Source: an uncultured Candidatus Saccharibacteria bacterium
GTDB taxonomy: Bacteria > Patescibacteriota > Minisyncoccia > UBA6257 > WO2-44-18
Assembly: GCA_964373675.1 (NCBI GenBank)
Contig: CAYJVO010000002.1
Span: 3,054-67,053, forward strand
DNA: 64,000 nt
Reading direction: 5' to 3'
The notes beneath the pieces are model-generated. The model did not search any database. It was not told where the DNA came from and saw only the letters and a list, made by a program, of their open reading frames with translations. The number at the start of each line of letters is the position of its first letter. Position 1 is the first letter of the stretch. The position numbers and the translations under genes are program-made. Of the stretch, positions 36,468 to 45,226 are shown piece by piece.

Positions 36468-37070
36468 TCATAAGTTCGCCTTTGCCGTATAATAAGTAGC
36501 TGGTCCGCCATTACCAATTCGCTCAGCTAATCCCTGATTGCATAGTTTTTGAAGGTCATATCTTATGGTTCTCTCACTTACCTCTGGAAATTCGGCAATA
36601 ATGTCTTTTAAAGCAATTTTGCCTGATTGCCGAATCTTTTCAATAATGGCACTTTGCCGAATTGCCATATTAATTGCCGAATTGCCGTTTCCATTGCCGT
36701 TGCCATTATTACTATCAATTTGGTTATCCTGACTTTTTATTACTTCAGGAACTTTAGAAAACTCGTTTTCTAAATTCGGTGATTGCTCTAATCCGGTAAC
36801 TTGCCTGATTGCCGAATCTAAGATCCCTAATTGATGAATAATAATAGTTGCATTTGCCGGATCAATCTCATAAATATTCTTGGCAAGCTCTACCACTCCA
36901 GTTAATACTGCGATGAATCCTGCCGCTTGTTCATATTGACGGCTAAGCACTTCTTCTAAAAGCTGAAAAGATAATTTCTCCAATCGGTTCTTTAATTCCG
37001 GCCGGCGGACGTAGGCCGCAATTTTGACAATCGCCGAACTAATTTCTTTTACTTTCTGATTTACAAACAT
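36468..37070 (-). CDS. transcriptional regulator with C-terminal DeoR-type HTH; contains (NG)n low-complexity insert
   Basis: C-terminal IALKDIIAEFPEVSERTIRYDLQKLCNQGLAERIG is a DeoR-like HTH. NGNGNGNGNS is encoded by GGCAAY hexamer repeats. Confidence 0.5.
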   Translation of the reverse strand: MFVNQKVKEISSAIVKIAAYVRRPELKNRLEKLSFQLLEEVLSRQYEQAAGFIAVLTGVVELAKNIYEIDPANATIIIHQLGILDSAIRQVTGLEQSPNLENEFSKVPEVIKSQDNQIDSNNGNGNGNGNSAINMAIRQSAIIEKIRQSGKIALKDIIAEFPEVSERTIRYDLQKLCNQGLAERIGNGGPATYYTAKANL

Positions 37071-37083
37071 TAGTAATAAGTTT

Positions 37084-37165
37084 ATCCGTATCAGGTATCA
37101 AGTGTCAAGAATTGAAATTTGCTAATGTTATAAAAAAATGTAAACCTGATACTTGAAACATGAAA
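37084..37165. promoter_or_regulatory. divergent intergenic region: inverted heptamer arrays (GTATCAGGTATCAAGTGTCAAG / CCTGATACTTGAAACATGAAACC) flanking a 33-bp AT-rich core
   Basis: The two arrays are in opposite orientation around AATTGAAATTTGCTAATGTTATAAAAAAATGTA, which carries TTGAAA and TATAAA hexamers, between the regulator and galU. Confidence 0.5.
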
Positions 37166-37984
37166 CCCGCAACTAAAGTATCAACTGCCGTTCTACCGGT
37201 TGCCGGACTGGGAACCAGATTAATGCCTTTAACACTCCACCAGCCAAAAGCCATGGTCGGTATTATTGATCGGCCGGTTATTCATTATGTAATTGACGAG
37301 GTGTTGACTGCTGGCATCAAAAACATTGTTATCGTGATCGGGCCCAAACAAAAAGAATTTAAAAAATATATTCAATATCTCAAAAAATGCGATCCGGAAT
37401 GGCAAAAATTGAAAATTCATTTTGATTTTGCAATCCAAAAGATGCCCCGCGGAAACGGAGAGGCGATTTTATGCGCAGAAAGATTTATTAAAAAACAACC
37501 CTTCTTGCTTTGTTTCGGCGATGAGATTTTAGCAGCTAAAGAATCGCCGCTCAAAACCATGCTTCAATTATTTTATAAAACCAATCTCCCCGCCCTAATC
37601 GTGGAACCGGTTCCTAAAAAACTGATTCCTCAATACGGGATAGTGAAAATCAAAGATGGCGAAATTTTAGACATTGTGGAGAAGCCAAAAATTAAAGAAG
37701 CTCCCTCAAATCTGGCCATTATCGGTCGTTATATCATTACGCCGGAAATCCTGCCTTTTATCAAAAAATTGGCTGCTCAAACGCCGCTAGACCAAGAAAT
37801 ATATTTAGCAGACGCCCTTCGGCTCTATTTAAAAAATAGTGGGCGAATTCTTGGCTGGAGATTTACCGGACAAAGATTTGACGCTGGTTCCAAGCTCGGC
37901 ATCCTTAAAGCGCAAGCTTATTTTGGTATCCATCATAAAAAGCTTGGCAAAGAATTTAGAAAATTTCTTAAACGGAGTTTATGA
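37160..37984 (+). CDS. galU: UTP--glucose-1-phosphate uridylyltransferase
   Basis: LPVAGLGTRLMPLT...PKAMVGIIDRPVIHYVIDE is the GalU N-terminal signature. 274 aa. Confidence 0.8.
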   Translation: MKPATKVSTAVLPVAGLGTRLMPLTLHQPKAMVGIIDRPVIHYVIDEVLTAGIKNIVIVIGPKQKEFKKYIQYLKKCDPEWQKLKIHFDFAIQKMPRGNGEAILCAERFIKKQPFLLCFGDEILAAKESPLKTMLQLFYKTNLPALIVEPVPKKLIPQYGIVKIKDGEILDIVEKPKIKEAPSNLAIIGRYIITPEILPFIKKLAAQTPLDQEIYLADALRLYLKNSGRILGWRFTGQRFDAGSKLGILKAQAYFGIHHKKLGKEFRKFLKRSL

Positions 37985-38004
37985 GATCGGATTTCATAAT
38001 GACA

Positions 38005-38718
38005 CTAAATACTCCACTGCGAAGTTAAAAAGATGACTATGCTTAATAAAATAAAAACTGTCAGATCCTGGAAAACGACTTTCGGATTTAAAACTTTTTG
38101 ACGGTATTTAAAAATTAAATCACTCAGCAGCCAGGCGATTAAAAAGGCGAGGTTGGTTTGTTGTAAAAATCCAATCGGCAAAAAAGCGATGGCTGCCGCG
38201 CTCTGAGTTAATAAAAATGACGGAACCCAACTCCAAATCGGGCTTCCTTTTAAAATGCCGTTAAACAAAAATAATGAAACGACAAAAAATCCTAGCAGAT
38301 TAAAAATAAACCGATCGCTCGGCGTCGCCAATACAAAGAAAACCAATAAGGTCAGATAAAACAGCCCTAAATAAAAAAGCCAGCCTGCGCGCTGGCGGTC
38401 AACAAAAACCAAATTTTTAATTCCCAGCAACAGATAAAAAAGCGCGGCAGAAGCTAAAATCGCTAACGGCGCAAATCTAGAAAGCTCCCAATTCAACAAC
38501 AAGCTTACCAACAACAAAACTATGAGCTGGCTGCCGTAATGAAAAGTCTGAAAAATCGGCCGCAAATATAAAATCAGCGCTGCCGCCAGAAAAACTGCCG
38601 TTGGCAGCAAGGCAAAATTGCTGAATTTTACCAAAGCCAAAAGTCCGCCGAAAATCAACGCCTTAAACGCTAATCGCGATTGCGGATTCTTTAAGACTAA
38701 CCTTAACTTTATCGCCAT
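38005..38718 (-). CDS. polytopic membrane protein, hypothetical
   Basis: 237 aa with about 7 hydrophobic segments and no catalytic motif. Confidence 0.35.
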   Translation of the reverse strand: MAIKLRLVLKNPQSRLAFKALIFGGLLALVKFSNFALLPTAVFLAAALILYLRPIFQTFHYGSQLIVLLLVSLLLNWELSRFAPLAILASAALFYLLLGIKNLVFVDRQRAGWLFYLGLFYLTLLVFFVLATPSDRFIFNLLGFFVVSLFLFNGILKGSPIWSWVPSFLLTQSAAAIAFLPIGFLQQTNLAFLIAWLLSDLIFKYRQKVLNPKVVFQDLTVFILLSIVIFLTSQWSI

Positions 38719-41353
38719 CTTTAATTTGTCCCTTAATCATCCAGTCAGCCAGCTGATCAAGAACAGCTTTTTGGATCAAGCGCTTAATCGGCCGCGCGCC
38801 GTAATCGGGATCAAATCCGTTTTTTATAATGTACTTTTTCGCCGCTTCGTCAACAGCGATTTTAATGTTACGCTCGGCTAATTTTCTTCTCACCAAATCC
38901 AATTGAATATCCACGATTTTTCCAATATCCTCCGGTTTCAATGAATTAAACACAATTATCTCATCCAGCCGGTTCAAAAATTCCGGTTTAAAGGTCTGTT
39001 TTAATGAAGTCAACGCCCGTTCTTTAAAATCGGCTTCCTTATTAAGAAATTCGTTCTGGTCGCCATTGCCAAAACCCATTTGCGCCATCTCCTTAAAATA
39101 CTGACTGCCGACATTGGAGGTCAAAATAATAATAGTATTTTTAAAATTCACCGTTCGTCCTTTGGCGTCAGTCAACCGGCCGTTATCCAAAATCTGAAGC
39201 AGAATGTTAAAAACCTCCGGATGAGCTTTTTCAATCTCATCAAACAAAATCAAACTGTACGGCCGGTGGCGAATAGCTTCCGTTAATTGTCCGCCCTCTT
39301 CAAAACCAACGTATCCGGGTGGGGAACCAATCAACCTTGCTACGGCGTGCTTTTCCATGTACTCCGACATGTCAATTCTCACCAGCGCTTTTTCATTGTT
39401 AAACATAAATTCCGCCAATGCTCTGGCTAATTCGGTTTTGCCGACACCGGTCGGCCCCAGAAACATAAAGGAGCCGAGGGGGCGATTTTCATCCGCTAAT
39501 CCGGCGCGGGCTCGCCGCAAAGCGTTGGCAACAGCGCCCAGCGCTTCTTTTTGACCAACCACGCGATCAGATAAAACTTCTTCAATTTTGGAAAGTTTTT
39601 CGCTTTCCGTCTCTAACATTTTTGTTATTGGAATGCCGGTCCAACGCGAAACCACTGCCGCAATATCCTCTTCATCCACCGCTTCTTTAATAAATCCTTC
39701 TCCACCTCCGGTTCGGTACGGGGCATGCTTTTGACCCCGCACCAGAACCTCCGGTTCGGTACGGAGCATACTTTTGGTAAAGTGTTTCTTCTCAAACACT
39801 TTATAATCTTTCTCTGCCGCCGGCAGTTTGCCATAAATAATCTGCGCCACTCGTTCCAAATCGCCTCCCCTTTCTGCCAACTCTGCCTCGCGCCGCAAAT
39901 CTTCAATTTTTTTGCGCAAATTATGCAAATTTTCAAAAGCTAATTTTTCCGAATGCCAAACTGCCGAAAGTTCGTCATTCTTTTCTTTTAATTTCGCTGC
40001 CTCCTTGTCAATCGTTTTAATCCGCTCTTTGCTTTTAGCTAATGATTCTTTGTTTAAGGCCGACCGTTCCACCTCCAATCGGGTAATATCACGCCTGATT
40101 TTATCTATCTCCGCCGGCAGGCTTTCGGTCTCCAGTCTTCGAGCGGCCGCCGCCTCGTCAATCAAATCCACTGCCTTATCCGGCAAAAAGCGATCCGAAA
40201 TGTACCGGGCAGAGAGATTAACTGCGGCCATTAAAGCTTCTTCGCTGATCCGCAAGCCGTGATGAATTTCGTATTTTTCTTTCAAGCCGCGCAAAATCGC
40301 CAGCGCATCTTCAATGCTTGGTTCCTCTACCATAACCGGCTGGAAACGCCGCTCCAACGCCGGGTCCTTTTCAATATGACGCTGGTATTCTCTGATGGTG
40401 GTAGCGCCAATGCAATGAAGTTCTCCCCGCGCTAGCGGCGGTTTTAAAATATTGGAAGCATCCACCGCTCCCTCGGCAGCTCCGGCGCCGACGATCATAT
40501 GAATCTCGTCAATAAACAAAATCAATCGGCCGGCTGAATTCTGAATTTCCTTAATAAACGCCTTTAAACGATCTTCAAATTCACCGCGGAATTTCGTGCC
40601 GGCGATCAAAGAGCCGAGATCCAGCATGACAATCTCCCTGTCTTTTAAAGTCTCTGGAACATCGCCGCTAACAATCCGCTGAGCTAATCCTTCAACAATT
40701 GCCGTTTTGCCAACGCCCGACTCGCCGATTAAGACCGGGTTATTTTTAGTGCGCCGAGACAACACCTGGATTAAACGACGCAATTCGTCTTCACGGCCGA
40801 TTACCGGATCCAATTTGCCTTCTTTAGCCTTGTCAGTAAGATTAACGGCATATTTATCCAAAACCTGAAATTTGCTTTCCGGCATCTCGTCGGTTATATG
40901 CATAGAACCCCGAAGTTGTGCCAGCGTCCTAAACGCCGATTCCCGGTGTAAACCGAACTTATCCAAAATCCGCTTTGCGCTGGAAACCACTTCCATAATG
41001 CCCACCAACAAATGCTCGCAGGAAATATACTCATCTTTTTGAGATAAAGCGATTTTGCCGGACCGGTCTAAAATCTGCATCAGCTCTTGAGAAAGGTACA
41101 ACTGTCCGACAGCTGAATGTGCCGACAAAATCTTCGGCATTTTTCGCATCTCCTCCTCAATTTCCGCATCCAAAGCTTCCAAATTAATCCCGGATTTAAT
41201 CAAAATCGGGCGAACCAGCGACTGTTCGTCAGTAATTAAAGCGGAAAGTAAATGGACGGCCTTGAATTCGCCGTGGTTTTTCCGAGCGGCCAAATCTTGA
41301 GCATTTTGCAATGCTTCTTGGGCCTTAATGGTAAAACGATTAAAATTTCTCAT
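38663..41353 (-). CDS. clpB: ATP-dependent chaperone ClpB
   Basis: 896 aa with Clp N-domain, two AAA+ modules (GESGVGKT; [15 protein letters not shown]) and a coiled-coil middle domain. Confidence 0.9.
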   Translation of the reverse strand: MRNFNRFTIKAQEALQNAQDLAARKNHGEFKAVHLLSALITDEQSLVRPILIKSGINLEALDAEIEEEMRKMPKILSAHSAVGQLYLSQELMQILDRSGKIALSQKDEYISCEHLLVGIMEVVSSAKRILDKFGLHRESAFRTLAQLRGSMHITDEMPESKFQVLDKYAVNLTDKAKEGKLDPVIGREDELRRLIQVLSRRTKNNPVLIGESGVGKTAIVEGLAQRIVSGDVPETLKDREIVMLDLGSLIAGTKFRGEFEDRLKAFIKEIQNSAGRLILFIDEIHMIVGAGAAEGAVDASNILKPPLARGELHCIGATTIREYQRHIEKDPALERRFQPVMVEEPSIEDALAILRGLKEKYEIHHGLRISEEALMAAVNLSARYISDRFLPDKAVDLIDEAAAARRLETESLPAEIDKIRRDITRLEVERSALNKESLAKSKERIKTIDKEAAKLKEKNDELSAVWHSEKLAFENLHNLRKKIEDLRREAELAERGGDLERVAQIIYGKLPAAEKDYKVFEKKHFTKSMLRTEPEVLVRGQKHAPYRTGGGEGFIKEAVDEEDIAAVVSRWTGIPITKMLETESEKLSKIEEVLSDRVVGQKEALGAVANALRRARAGLADENRPLGSFMFLGPTGVGKTELARALAEFMFNNEKALVRIDMSEYMEKHAVARLIGSPPGYVGFEEGGQLTEAIRHRPYSLILFDEIEKAHPEVFNILLQILDNGRLTDAKGRTVNFKNTIIILTSNVGSQYFKEMAQMGFGNGDQNEFLNKEADFKERALTSLKQTFKPEFLNRLDEIIVFNSLKPEDIGKIVDIQLDLVRRKLAERNIKIAVDEAAKKYIIKNGFDPDYGARPIKRLIQKAVLDQLADWMIKGQIKDGDKVKVSLKESAIAISV

Positions 41354-41464
41354 GCTAACGCAAATAATGCTAACCTACGAATTTACACGAATGCCACGAA
41401 TTATTTGCGTATTCGCATATATTCGCATTGTTTGCATTATTTAATTTAGTTTAATAATAACAAA

Positions 41465-41491
41465 TTAGCACTCCCATTGCAAGAGTGCTAA
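41465..41491. promoter_or_regulatory. CIRCE operator (HrcA-binding inverted repeat) upstream of clpB
   Basis: TTAGCACTC-CCATTGCAA-GAGTGCTAA is a perfect match to the CIRCE consensus TTAGCACTC-N9-GAGTGCTAA. It lies about 115 nt upstream of the clpB start and overlaps the stop of the cysteine desulfurase gene. Confidence 0.8.
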
Positions 41492-42822
41492 CAAGATTTT
41501 TCGCCAACTATTTTTTCTAATATTTTCACAAAATAATCAATTTCCTTTTTAATTGTCTGCCGTCCAAAAGTAATCCGCAAACTTCCCAGAGCTCGCTCAT
41601 CCAAAAATCCCATTGCCTTCAGCACCGGCGATGGCTGAACAACTCGTGCTGAACAGGCGACGCCGGAAGAAACCGCAATGCCGACCAGGTCCAATTTTAT
41701 AACCAATTCATGCGCCTTTTGGCCGGGAAAATAAATATTCAAATTATTGGGAACGCGTTTCTCTAAAAAACCGTTAAGCTGGACCGCTGGGGCTTTTTTT
41801 AACTTTTTCCAGCAATAATCCCGTAATGTCCGAACTCGCTTTGCTTCTCTATTTCTTAGCGCTCTAGAAATCTCTACGGCTTTACCAAAACCGACTATTG
41901 AAGGCGTATTTGGCGTTCCGGACCACAAACCGCCCGGCTCCTGTCCCCCGCCGGTAACTATAGGCAAAATGGGTAATGTAAAATGCGACCTGGAATTTTT
42001 ATTCTGTTCTTGTCGCTTGTCGCTTGTCTCATTAAACATTTTCCCAACATACAACGCTCCAATTCCCTTAGGACCGTAAATCTTGTGCGCCGACAAAGTC
42101 ATTAAATCAACGCCCAGCTGATCAACATTGCAGTTTAAATACTGAAAGGCCTGAACGGCGTCGGTGTGGAGAAGGGGGTAGAATGTAGAATTTTGAATAT
42201 TGAATTTAGGATTTTTATTTTTCCAATATTCTATATTCTGTATTCTATATTCTTGAATCGCTTCGGCGATTTCCGCAATTGGCTGAATGGTCCCCACCTC
42301 ATTATTCACATACATCACTGAAACCAAAACCGTCCGCTCGTTGAGGGCGGTTTCTAATTTTTTCAAATCAACGAAGCCATCGCGCGAAACCGGAATATAA
42401 ACCACTTCCACGCCTTCTTTTTCCAAATCTTTCGCCGTTTCCAAAACCGACGCGTGTTCAAAAGCTGAAATGATAAGGCGAGGAGTTAGAATATGGGATT
42501 TAGAATCTAGGGATTTTTTATTTTTAGAAAGAGCCCCGTTCCTCAATCCTATATTCTGAATTCTAAATTCTTTTATTGCTCCCCGCAGCGCCAAATTATT
42601 CGCTTCCGTCGCCGACCCCGTAAAAATTATTTCATCGTATTTAGCGCCAATCGCTTCGGCAATTGTCTTGCGGGCCTTAAAAATAGCGGCCGACGCCTCT
42701 TGTCCAAGTTGGTGTACTGATCCTGCGTTCCCATAAACTTCGCTAAAATACGGGTTCATGGCCGCTTTAACATGTTTATCCACCGGTGCTGACGCCGCGT
42801 AATCTAAATACATACGTTTCAT
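41488..42822 (-). CDS. cysteine desulfurase (IscS/NifS family) with three low-complexity insertions
   Basis: Class V aminotransferase fold with SAHKIYGPKGIGALYV (PLP-Lys region) and the C-terminal SSGVACS active-site Cys loop. Three insertions are encoded by heptamer arrays at 41993-42030, 42178-42258 and 42486-42573. Confidence 0.8.
   Translation of the reverse strand: MKRMYLDYAASAPVDKHVKAAMNPYFSEVYGNAGSVHQLGQEASAAIFKARKTIAEAIGAKYDEIIFTGSATEANNLALRGAIKEFRIQNIGLRNGALSKNKKSLDSKSHILTPRLIISAFEHASVLETAKDLEKEGVEVVYIPVSRDGFVDLKKLETALNERTVLVSVMYVNNEVGTIQPIAEIAEAIQEYRIQNIEYWKNKNPKFNIQNSTFYPLLHTDAVQAFQYLNCNVDQLGVDLMTLSAHKIYGPKGIGALYVGKMFNETSDKRQEQNKNSRSHFTLPILPIVTGGGQEPGGLWSGTPNTPSIVGFGKAVEISRALRNREAKRVRTLRDYCWKKLKKAPAVQLNGFLEKRVPNNLNIYFPGQKAHELVIKLDLVGIAVSSGVACSARVVQPSPVLKAMGFLDERALGSLRITFGRQTIKKEIDYFVKILEKIVGEKSC
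42178..42258. repeat. palindromic pair of heptamer arrays (GTAGAAT... / ...ATATTCT) inside cysteine desulfurase CDS
   Basis: GTAGAATGTAGAATTTTGAATATTGAAT ... AATATTCTATATTCTGTATTCTATATTCT around a TTTTATTTTTCC centre. It is in-frame. Confidence 0.8.
42486..42573. repeat. second palindromic heptamer-array pair (TAGAATA/TGGGATT ... ATTCTGA/ATTCTAA) inside cysteine desulfurase CDS
   Basis: TAGAATATGGGATTTAGAATCTAGGGATT TTTTATTTTTAG ... AATCCTATATTCTGAATTCTAAATTC. It is in-frame. Confidence 0.8.
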
Positions 42823-42888
42823 ACAAGTATCTTATTATCTTTGACAAGCATTACAAAATAGTATAATTTATCTGTAAAATCAATTCTT

Positions 42889-43371
42889 ATGCAATTATTG
42901 TTTAACAATTCCCTTGGCGCCAAACTAACCCCTGATGATGTCATCGGCGAAATAATCAAATTCATGAACGCTGATCCTCATCGCTGTTATAAAGTCATCA
43001 TCGGAACTGATTCGGAGCGTTCCGCTGACAACACCGCCGATTTTGTAACGGCAATTGTCATTCACCGCTTAGGAAATGGCGGGCGATACTTTTGGCGACG
43101 GATTGAACCAAAAACCAAATATCACACCTTAAGGGGCCGCATCACTGGAGAAGTTTTGATGTCTTTGGACATTGCCCGGGAATTACTTCAGGCTATGAAA
43201 AATTACCAAGTTCCGAAATTTGATTTTGAAATTCATGTGGATGTTGGGGAAAACGGCGCGACTAAAACAATGATTCAGGAACTAGTCGGCATGATTCGGG
43301 CTAATAATTTTGAAGCCAAAACCAAACCCGAAAGCTACGCCGCCAGCAAAGTCGCGGACCGCCATATTTAG
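42889..43371 (+). CDS. RNase H-like fold protein (YkuK/DUF458-like)
   Basis: 160 aa. The KVIIGTDSE strand with a catalytic-type Asp resembles the DUF458 family. Assignment is from memory of the family motif. Confidence 0.35.
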   Translation: MQLLFNNSLGAKLTPDDVIGEIIKFMNADPHRCYKVIIGTDSERSADNTADFVTAIVIHRLGNGGRYFWRRIEPKTKYHTLRGRITGEVLMSLDIARELLQAMKNYQVPKFDFEIHVDVGENGATKTMIQELVGMIRANNFEAKTKPESYAASKVADRHI

Positions 43372-43398
43372 TTTCAAGTTTCAGGTGTCAGGTATCAA
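43369..43398. repeat. heptamer array (reverse orientation; AGTTTCAGGTGTCAGGTATCAAG) 5' of four-helix-bundle gene
   Basis: Reverse complement is CTTGATACCTGACACCTGAAACT. Confidence 0.75.
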
Positions 43399-43402
43399 GT
43401 AA

Positions 43403-43759
43403 ATGGAAAAGGGTTATAAAAAATTGATGGCCTACCGCGAAGGTCACAAATTAGTTCTGCAAACTTATCTTGCAACTAGTAAGTTTCCTAAGTCAGAATT
43501 ATTCGGACTTGTTTCTCAAATGCGTAGGGCGGCGGTGTCTGTGGTGGCAAACATCTTAGAAGGCCAGGCCAGAATAAGTAAAAAGGAATTTAAAAATTTC
43601 ATCTCTATCACTAATGGATCCCTTGTTGAATTGGAATATTATCTTGAACTATCACGAGAATTGAATTACATTAACAGGAACGATTATGAGGAAGTAGAAA
43701 AGCAAAGAGCTCTTACTGGCTCTTTATTGGGTGGATTACTTCGTTACCTTAAATCTTAA
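43403..43759 (+). CDS. four-helix-bundle protein (23S rRNA intervening-sequence protein family; Avd-like)
   Basis: 118 aa. YREGHKLVLQTY...LVSQMRRAAVSVVANILEG...NGSLVELEYYLELS matches the TIGR02436-type four-helix-bundle family. Confidence 0.7.
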   Translation: MEKGYKKLMAYREGHKLVLQTYLATSKFPKSELFGLVSQMRRAAVSVVANILEGQARISKKEFKNFISITNGSLVELEYYLELSRELNYINRNDYEEVEKQRALTGSLLGGLLRYLKS

Positions 43760-43830
43760 CTTGACACCTGACACCTGATACCTGATACCTGACACATAAC
43801 ACCTGACACCTGATACATGATACATGACAC
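43759..43830. repeat. heptamer array, about 10 units (CTTGACA CCTGACA CCTGATA ... CATGACA), 3' of four-helix-bundle gene and overlapping start of next ORF
   Basis: Direct reading of 43759-43830. This is the longest array in the window, in the opposite orientation to 43369-43398. Confidence 0.85.
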
Positions 43831-44386
43831 TTTAGTAATTGATATTGAAACCAAAAATACCTTCGCCGAAGTCGGCGGTCAAGAAAATGTCAAAAAGTTA
43901 GATGCCTCTTTTGTGGGCGTCTATTCGTATAATCAAAACAAGTACCTGTCATTTTTTGAAAATCAATTTGGCGAACTTAACAAGTTTTTAAAAACTGCCG
44001 GATTAATAATTGGCTTTAGTATTAACCGCTTTGACATTCCGGTTTTAGAAAAATATTTAGACTTTAATATTTGGTCCATTCCCCGTCTAGATCTTTTAGA
44101 AGAAATTGAAATTGGTTTTGGCAATCGGATTAGTTTGGATGTGCTGGCGAAAACTAATTTAGGCATCGGCAAAACCCACCACGGCCTAGAAGCGATCAAA
44201 TTTTATAAAGAGCGAAATTGGAAAGAGCTGGAAAGCTACTGCCTTAATGACGTGAAAATCACCAAGGAACTTTACGAACTCGCCAAAAAACAAAAGCACC
44301 TCTCCATCCCCGACCGCACCACCGGCGTTTTAACAAAGGTGAACTTTAACTTTCCCGAAATCATCTTCCCGCAAACGCTTTTATAA
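43817..44386 (+). CDS. DEDDy-type 3'-5' exonuclease domain protein
   Basis: LVIDIETKN is Exo I (D-x-E), and YCLNDVKITKELYE is the Exo III Y-x3-D. 189 aa. Confidence 0.5.
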   Translation: MIHDTLVIDIETKNTFAEVGGQENVKKLDASFVGVYSYNQNKYLSFFENQFGELNKFLKTAGLIIGFSINRFDIPVLEKYLDFNIWSIPRLDLLEEIEIGFGNRISLDVLAKTNLGIGKTHHGLEAIKFYKERNWKELESYCLNDVKITKELYELAKKQKHLSIPDRTTGVLTKVNFNFPEIIFPQTLL

Positions 44387-44411
44387 AAAACCCCAACCGG
44401 GCTAGTTGGGG
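44384..44411. terminator. bidirectional hairpin terminator
   Basis: AAAAAA-CCCCAAC-CGGGCTA-GTTGGGG. On the minus strand the hairpin is followed by TTTTTTAT. Confidence 0.6.
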
Positions 44412-44607
44412 TAGATGAGAATGAGGTTTTGGTCTCCGTTTTTTATTTGTTCGGCTGTTCCGCTTATGAAAGTTTGGCGGGCTACCGTTTTTTTTTGAAT
44501 TTTGGCCTTACTAAACAGAGACCGGGCTCTTAAAGAGAAACTATCAAGGGACTAAATTAATAATATAAAAACCTGCCAGAATCACCAGGTGGGGGATGTG
44601 GATAATT

Positions 44608-44937
44608 CTAATCGTCGCAGTGATGGTTGCCGTGCCCATGGCAATGTCCGCAATGATTACATGGCGTATGCTGATGAGTCTGGCTCTGATTCTGGTTTTG
44701 ATTTTGACTCTGAGACTGCTTAACGCTAACACTGTTTCTTACTTCCACGCGTGTCTGATTAATGACGGGCGGCGGCACATAAACATTGCTATTAGTAAGA
44801 CCCAATGCAATTCCCACATTCCAGCCCACATTCCCGTCCTGATCGCCATTAACGCCGGCATAAGGCGTCATTCCGTAATGCCAACCCTGACAGCCAATAG
44901 TCGCTGCCAGCAAAACCGCGACTGGCACAAATCTCAT
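44608..44937 (-). CDS. small secreted His/Cys-rich (metal-binding?) lipoprotein-like protein
   Basis: Good SD (AGGAGA 6 nt upstream). N-terminal signal with LAATIGC lipobox-like sequence, a QSQSQNQNQNQSQ linker and C-terminal CNHCGHCHGHGNHHC. The fully overlapping plus-strand ORF lacks these features. Confidence 0.5.
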   Translation of the reverse strand: MRFVPVAVLLAATIGCQGWHYGMTPYAGVNGDQDGNVGWNVGIALGLTNSNVYVPPPVINQTRVEVRNSVSVKQSQSQNQNQNQSQTHQHTPCNHCGHCHGHGNHHCDD

Positions 44938-45013
44938 GATTTTCTCCTGTAAAAAGCCGGCTGGTATAATATCACATCTACAAAATAATGCAAGCCCCCA
45001 CGCCTAATAAGCG

Positions 45014-45174
45014 CTTCCACAATTTTTTATCAGCAAATCTTCGTAGCAATAGCAGTTTAACGCGTTAAACGCTTTGACGCGTCAAAGCACTATCCCATGG
45101 AATAGTGTTAGGAAATAACCCCACACAGCTTTGTCTCGGGCATTAAAGAAAACAAAGTCTTAGTTATGTGCGGG
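45014..45174. mobile_element. partial copy of family A cassette (interior plus right arm AGTCTTAGTTATGTGCGGG)
   Basis: About 95% identical to 6975-7134. It is flanked by a 23-bp direct repeat GCAAGCCCCCACGCCTAATAAGC (44989-45011 and 45175-45197) and followed by a 16-bp-stem hairpin. Confidence 0.6.
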
Positions 45175-45226
45175 GCAAGCCCCCACGCCTAATAAGCACC
45201 TCTTTTATTAGGTGTGGGGGCAAGCC

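Noticed and set aside
41465-41491. Considered calling the hairpin a simple rho-independent terminator of the cysteine desulfurase gene.
   Set aside because: The sequence is an exact CIRCE consensus (9-bp arms and a 9-nt spacer). It may also terminate, but the operator call is better supported.
43403-43759. Considered calling a diversity-generating retroelement from the Avd-like four-helix-bundle gene.
   Set aside because: No reverse transcriptase (YxDD) ORF and no template/variable repeat pair can be seen in the window. Only noted as a possibility in the findings.
43759-43830. Considered calling the heptamer arrays CRISPR arrays.
   Set aside because: Units are 7-8 nt with no spacers and there are no cas genes. 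They are simple tandem repeats, not repeat-spacer structures.
44596-44952. 118-aa plus-strand ORF fully overlapping the His/Cys-rich protein gene.
   Set aside because: It has no credible RBS spacing (GGTGGGGG directly abutting the ATG) and no signal or functional motif. The minus-strand ORF has an SD, a signal peptide and a metal-binding tail.
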